From assembly GCA_026982565.1 (NCBI GenBank), contig JALSGV010000044.1, positions 8,506 through 72,505 of the forward strand: a stretch of 64,000 nt of DNA, given 5' to 3'. This document shows, piece by piece, positions 63,495 to 64,000 of the stretch. The notes below the pieces were generated by a model that saw only the letters and a list, made by a program, of their open reading frames with translations, had not been told where the DNA came from and made no database searches. The stretch's first letter is position 1; each line of letters starts with the position of its first letter. The position numbers and the translations under genes were made by a program. Source of the stretch: Gammaproteobacteria bacterium. Its GTDB lineage: Bacteria > Pseudomonadota > Gammaproteobacteria > SZUA-140.

Positions 63495-64000
63495 ATGAAA
63501 GTGCAGGACTTTTTCAATGAAAATCCGGTATTCCGGCATGAGGCCTTCGTGGCCTTTCTGGAAACCACCGGCTCGCGCCGGACGAAGACACGGGAGGCAC
63601 TGCTTGCCTATCACGTCAAGGAAGGGCACCTACTACGGCTCCGACGTGGCCTGTATGCCGTCGTTCCCCGGGGATTCAATCCCGAAGACTACCCGGTCGA
63701 TCCCTACCTGCTGGCAGGGCATCTCGCAAACGATGCTGTCCTGTCCCATCACAGCGCATTGCAATTTCACGGCAAGGCCTATTCTGTGCATCATCGGTTT
63801 ACATATCTAACCCGGAATACCCGACGGCCTTTCGTCTTTCGTGGGCAGGAATTCCTTGCTGTCCCATTTCCCAGGGTACTGTTGGCGCAACAGGCCGAAT
63901 TATTCGGGGTCACGGTTCAACGCCATGCCGGTGGGAATGTCCGAGTGACGAGTCTGGAGCGTACCCTGGTCGATGTGCTGGTGCGCCCTGATCTGGGTGG
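63495..64000 (+). CDS. AbiEi-family (COG5340) antitoxin / transcriptional regulator, 5' part (runs off the window end)
   Basis: Open frame from the ATG at 63495 with no stop to the window end: MKVQDFFNENPVFRHEAFVAFLETTGSRRTKTREALLAYHVKEGHLLRLRRGLYAVVPRGFNPEDYPVDPYLLAGHLANDAVLSHHSALQFHGKA...VTSLERTLVDVLVRPDLG. The wHTH ..G.L.RLRRGLY.. and TS.ERTL.D.L motifs match AbiEi. Confidence 0.5.
   Translation, partial: MKVQDFFNENPVFRHEAFVAFLETTGSRRTKTREALLAYHVKEGHLLRLRRGLYAVVPRGFNPEDYPVDPYLLAGHLANDAVLSHHSALQFHGKAYSVHHRFTYLTRNTRRPFVFRGQEFLAVPFPRVLLAQQAELFGVTVQRHAGGNVRVTSLERTLVDVLVRPDLG

Noticed and set aside
63517-63810. 97-aa plus-strand ORF from the ORF track
   Set aside because: It is in a different frame from the longer open frame starting at 63495. 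That frame has convincing AbiEi-like motifs and no stop to the window end.

Overview
High-GC proteobacterial chromosomal window; RNase T and a diheme cytochrome c4 suggest a gammaproteobacterium, but this is only inference. Three blocks are visible. Block 1 (1-12.3 kb) is core metabolism: partial gloA, argG, a pdhA-pdhB-(E2-E3 fusion) 2-oxoacid dehydrogenase operon, an M17 peptidase, hicBA, a MoeA-like gene, pyrC and rnt. Block 2 (about 12.3-29.4 kb) is a lower-GC, mosaic accessory/defence island. It holds a frameshifted LexA/S24 remnant, a TcmP - Gp37/Gp68 (three-Cys, DUF5131) - TcmP trio, a Type III R-M (mod-res), an AIPR Abi-like gene, an unexplained SNF2 helicase / small acidic protein / SMC-Rad50-like zinc-hook ATPase operon, and a DUF4143 AAA ATPase. 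Then come a DMT transporter, an HsdR remnant, grxD, a hydantoinase-B homologue, sodB, argD-argF, an ABC ATPase and cytochrome c4. Block 3 (39-62 kb) is an exopolysaccharide export locus (Wzz, multi-SLBB Wza, YjbH, YjbE-like). Next to it lies an uncharacterised biosynthetic cluster: acyl-AMP ligase-ACP, ALS-like TPP enzyme, ICL/PEPM-family lyase, single-module NRPS C-A-T-TE, Sfp-type PPTase, two sulfotransferases and two GT4 glycosyltransferases. The window ends with a nested-palindrome (dRS3-like) repeat cluster and toxin-antitoxin genes (ParE-like with antitoxin; partial AbiEi). A REP-like palindrome family recurs four times in intergenic positions. No rRNA, tRNA, CRISPR array, integrase or transposase was recognised.
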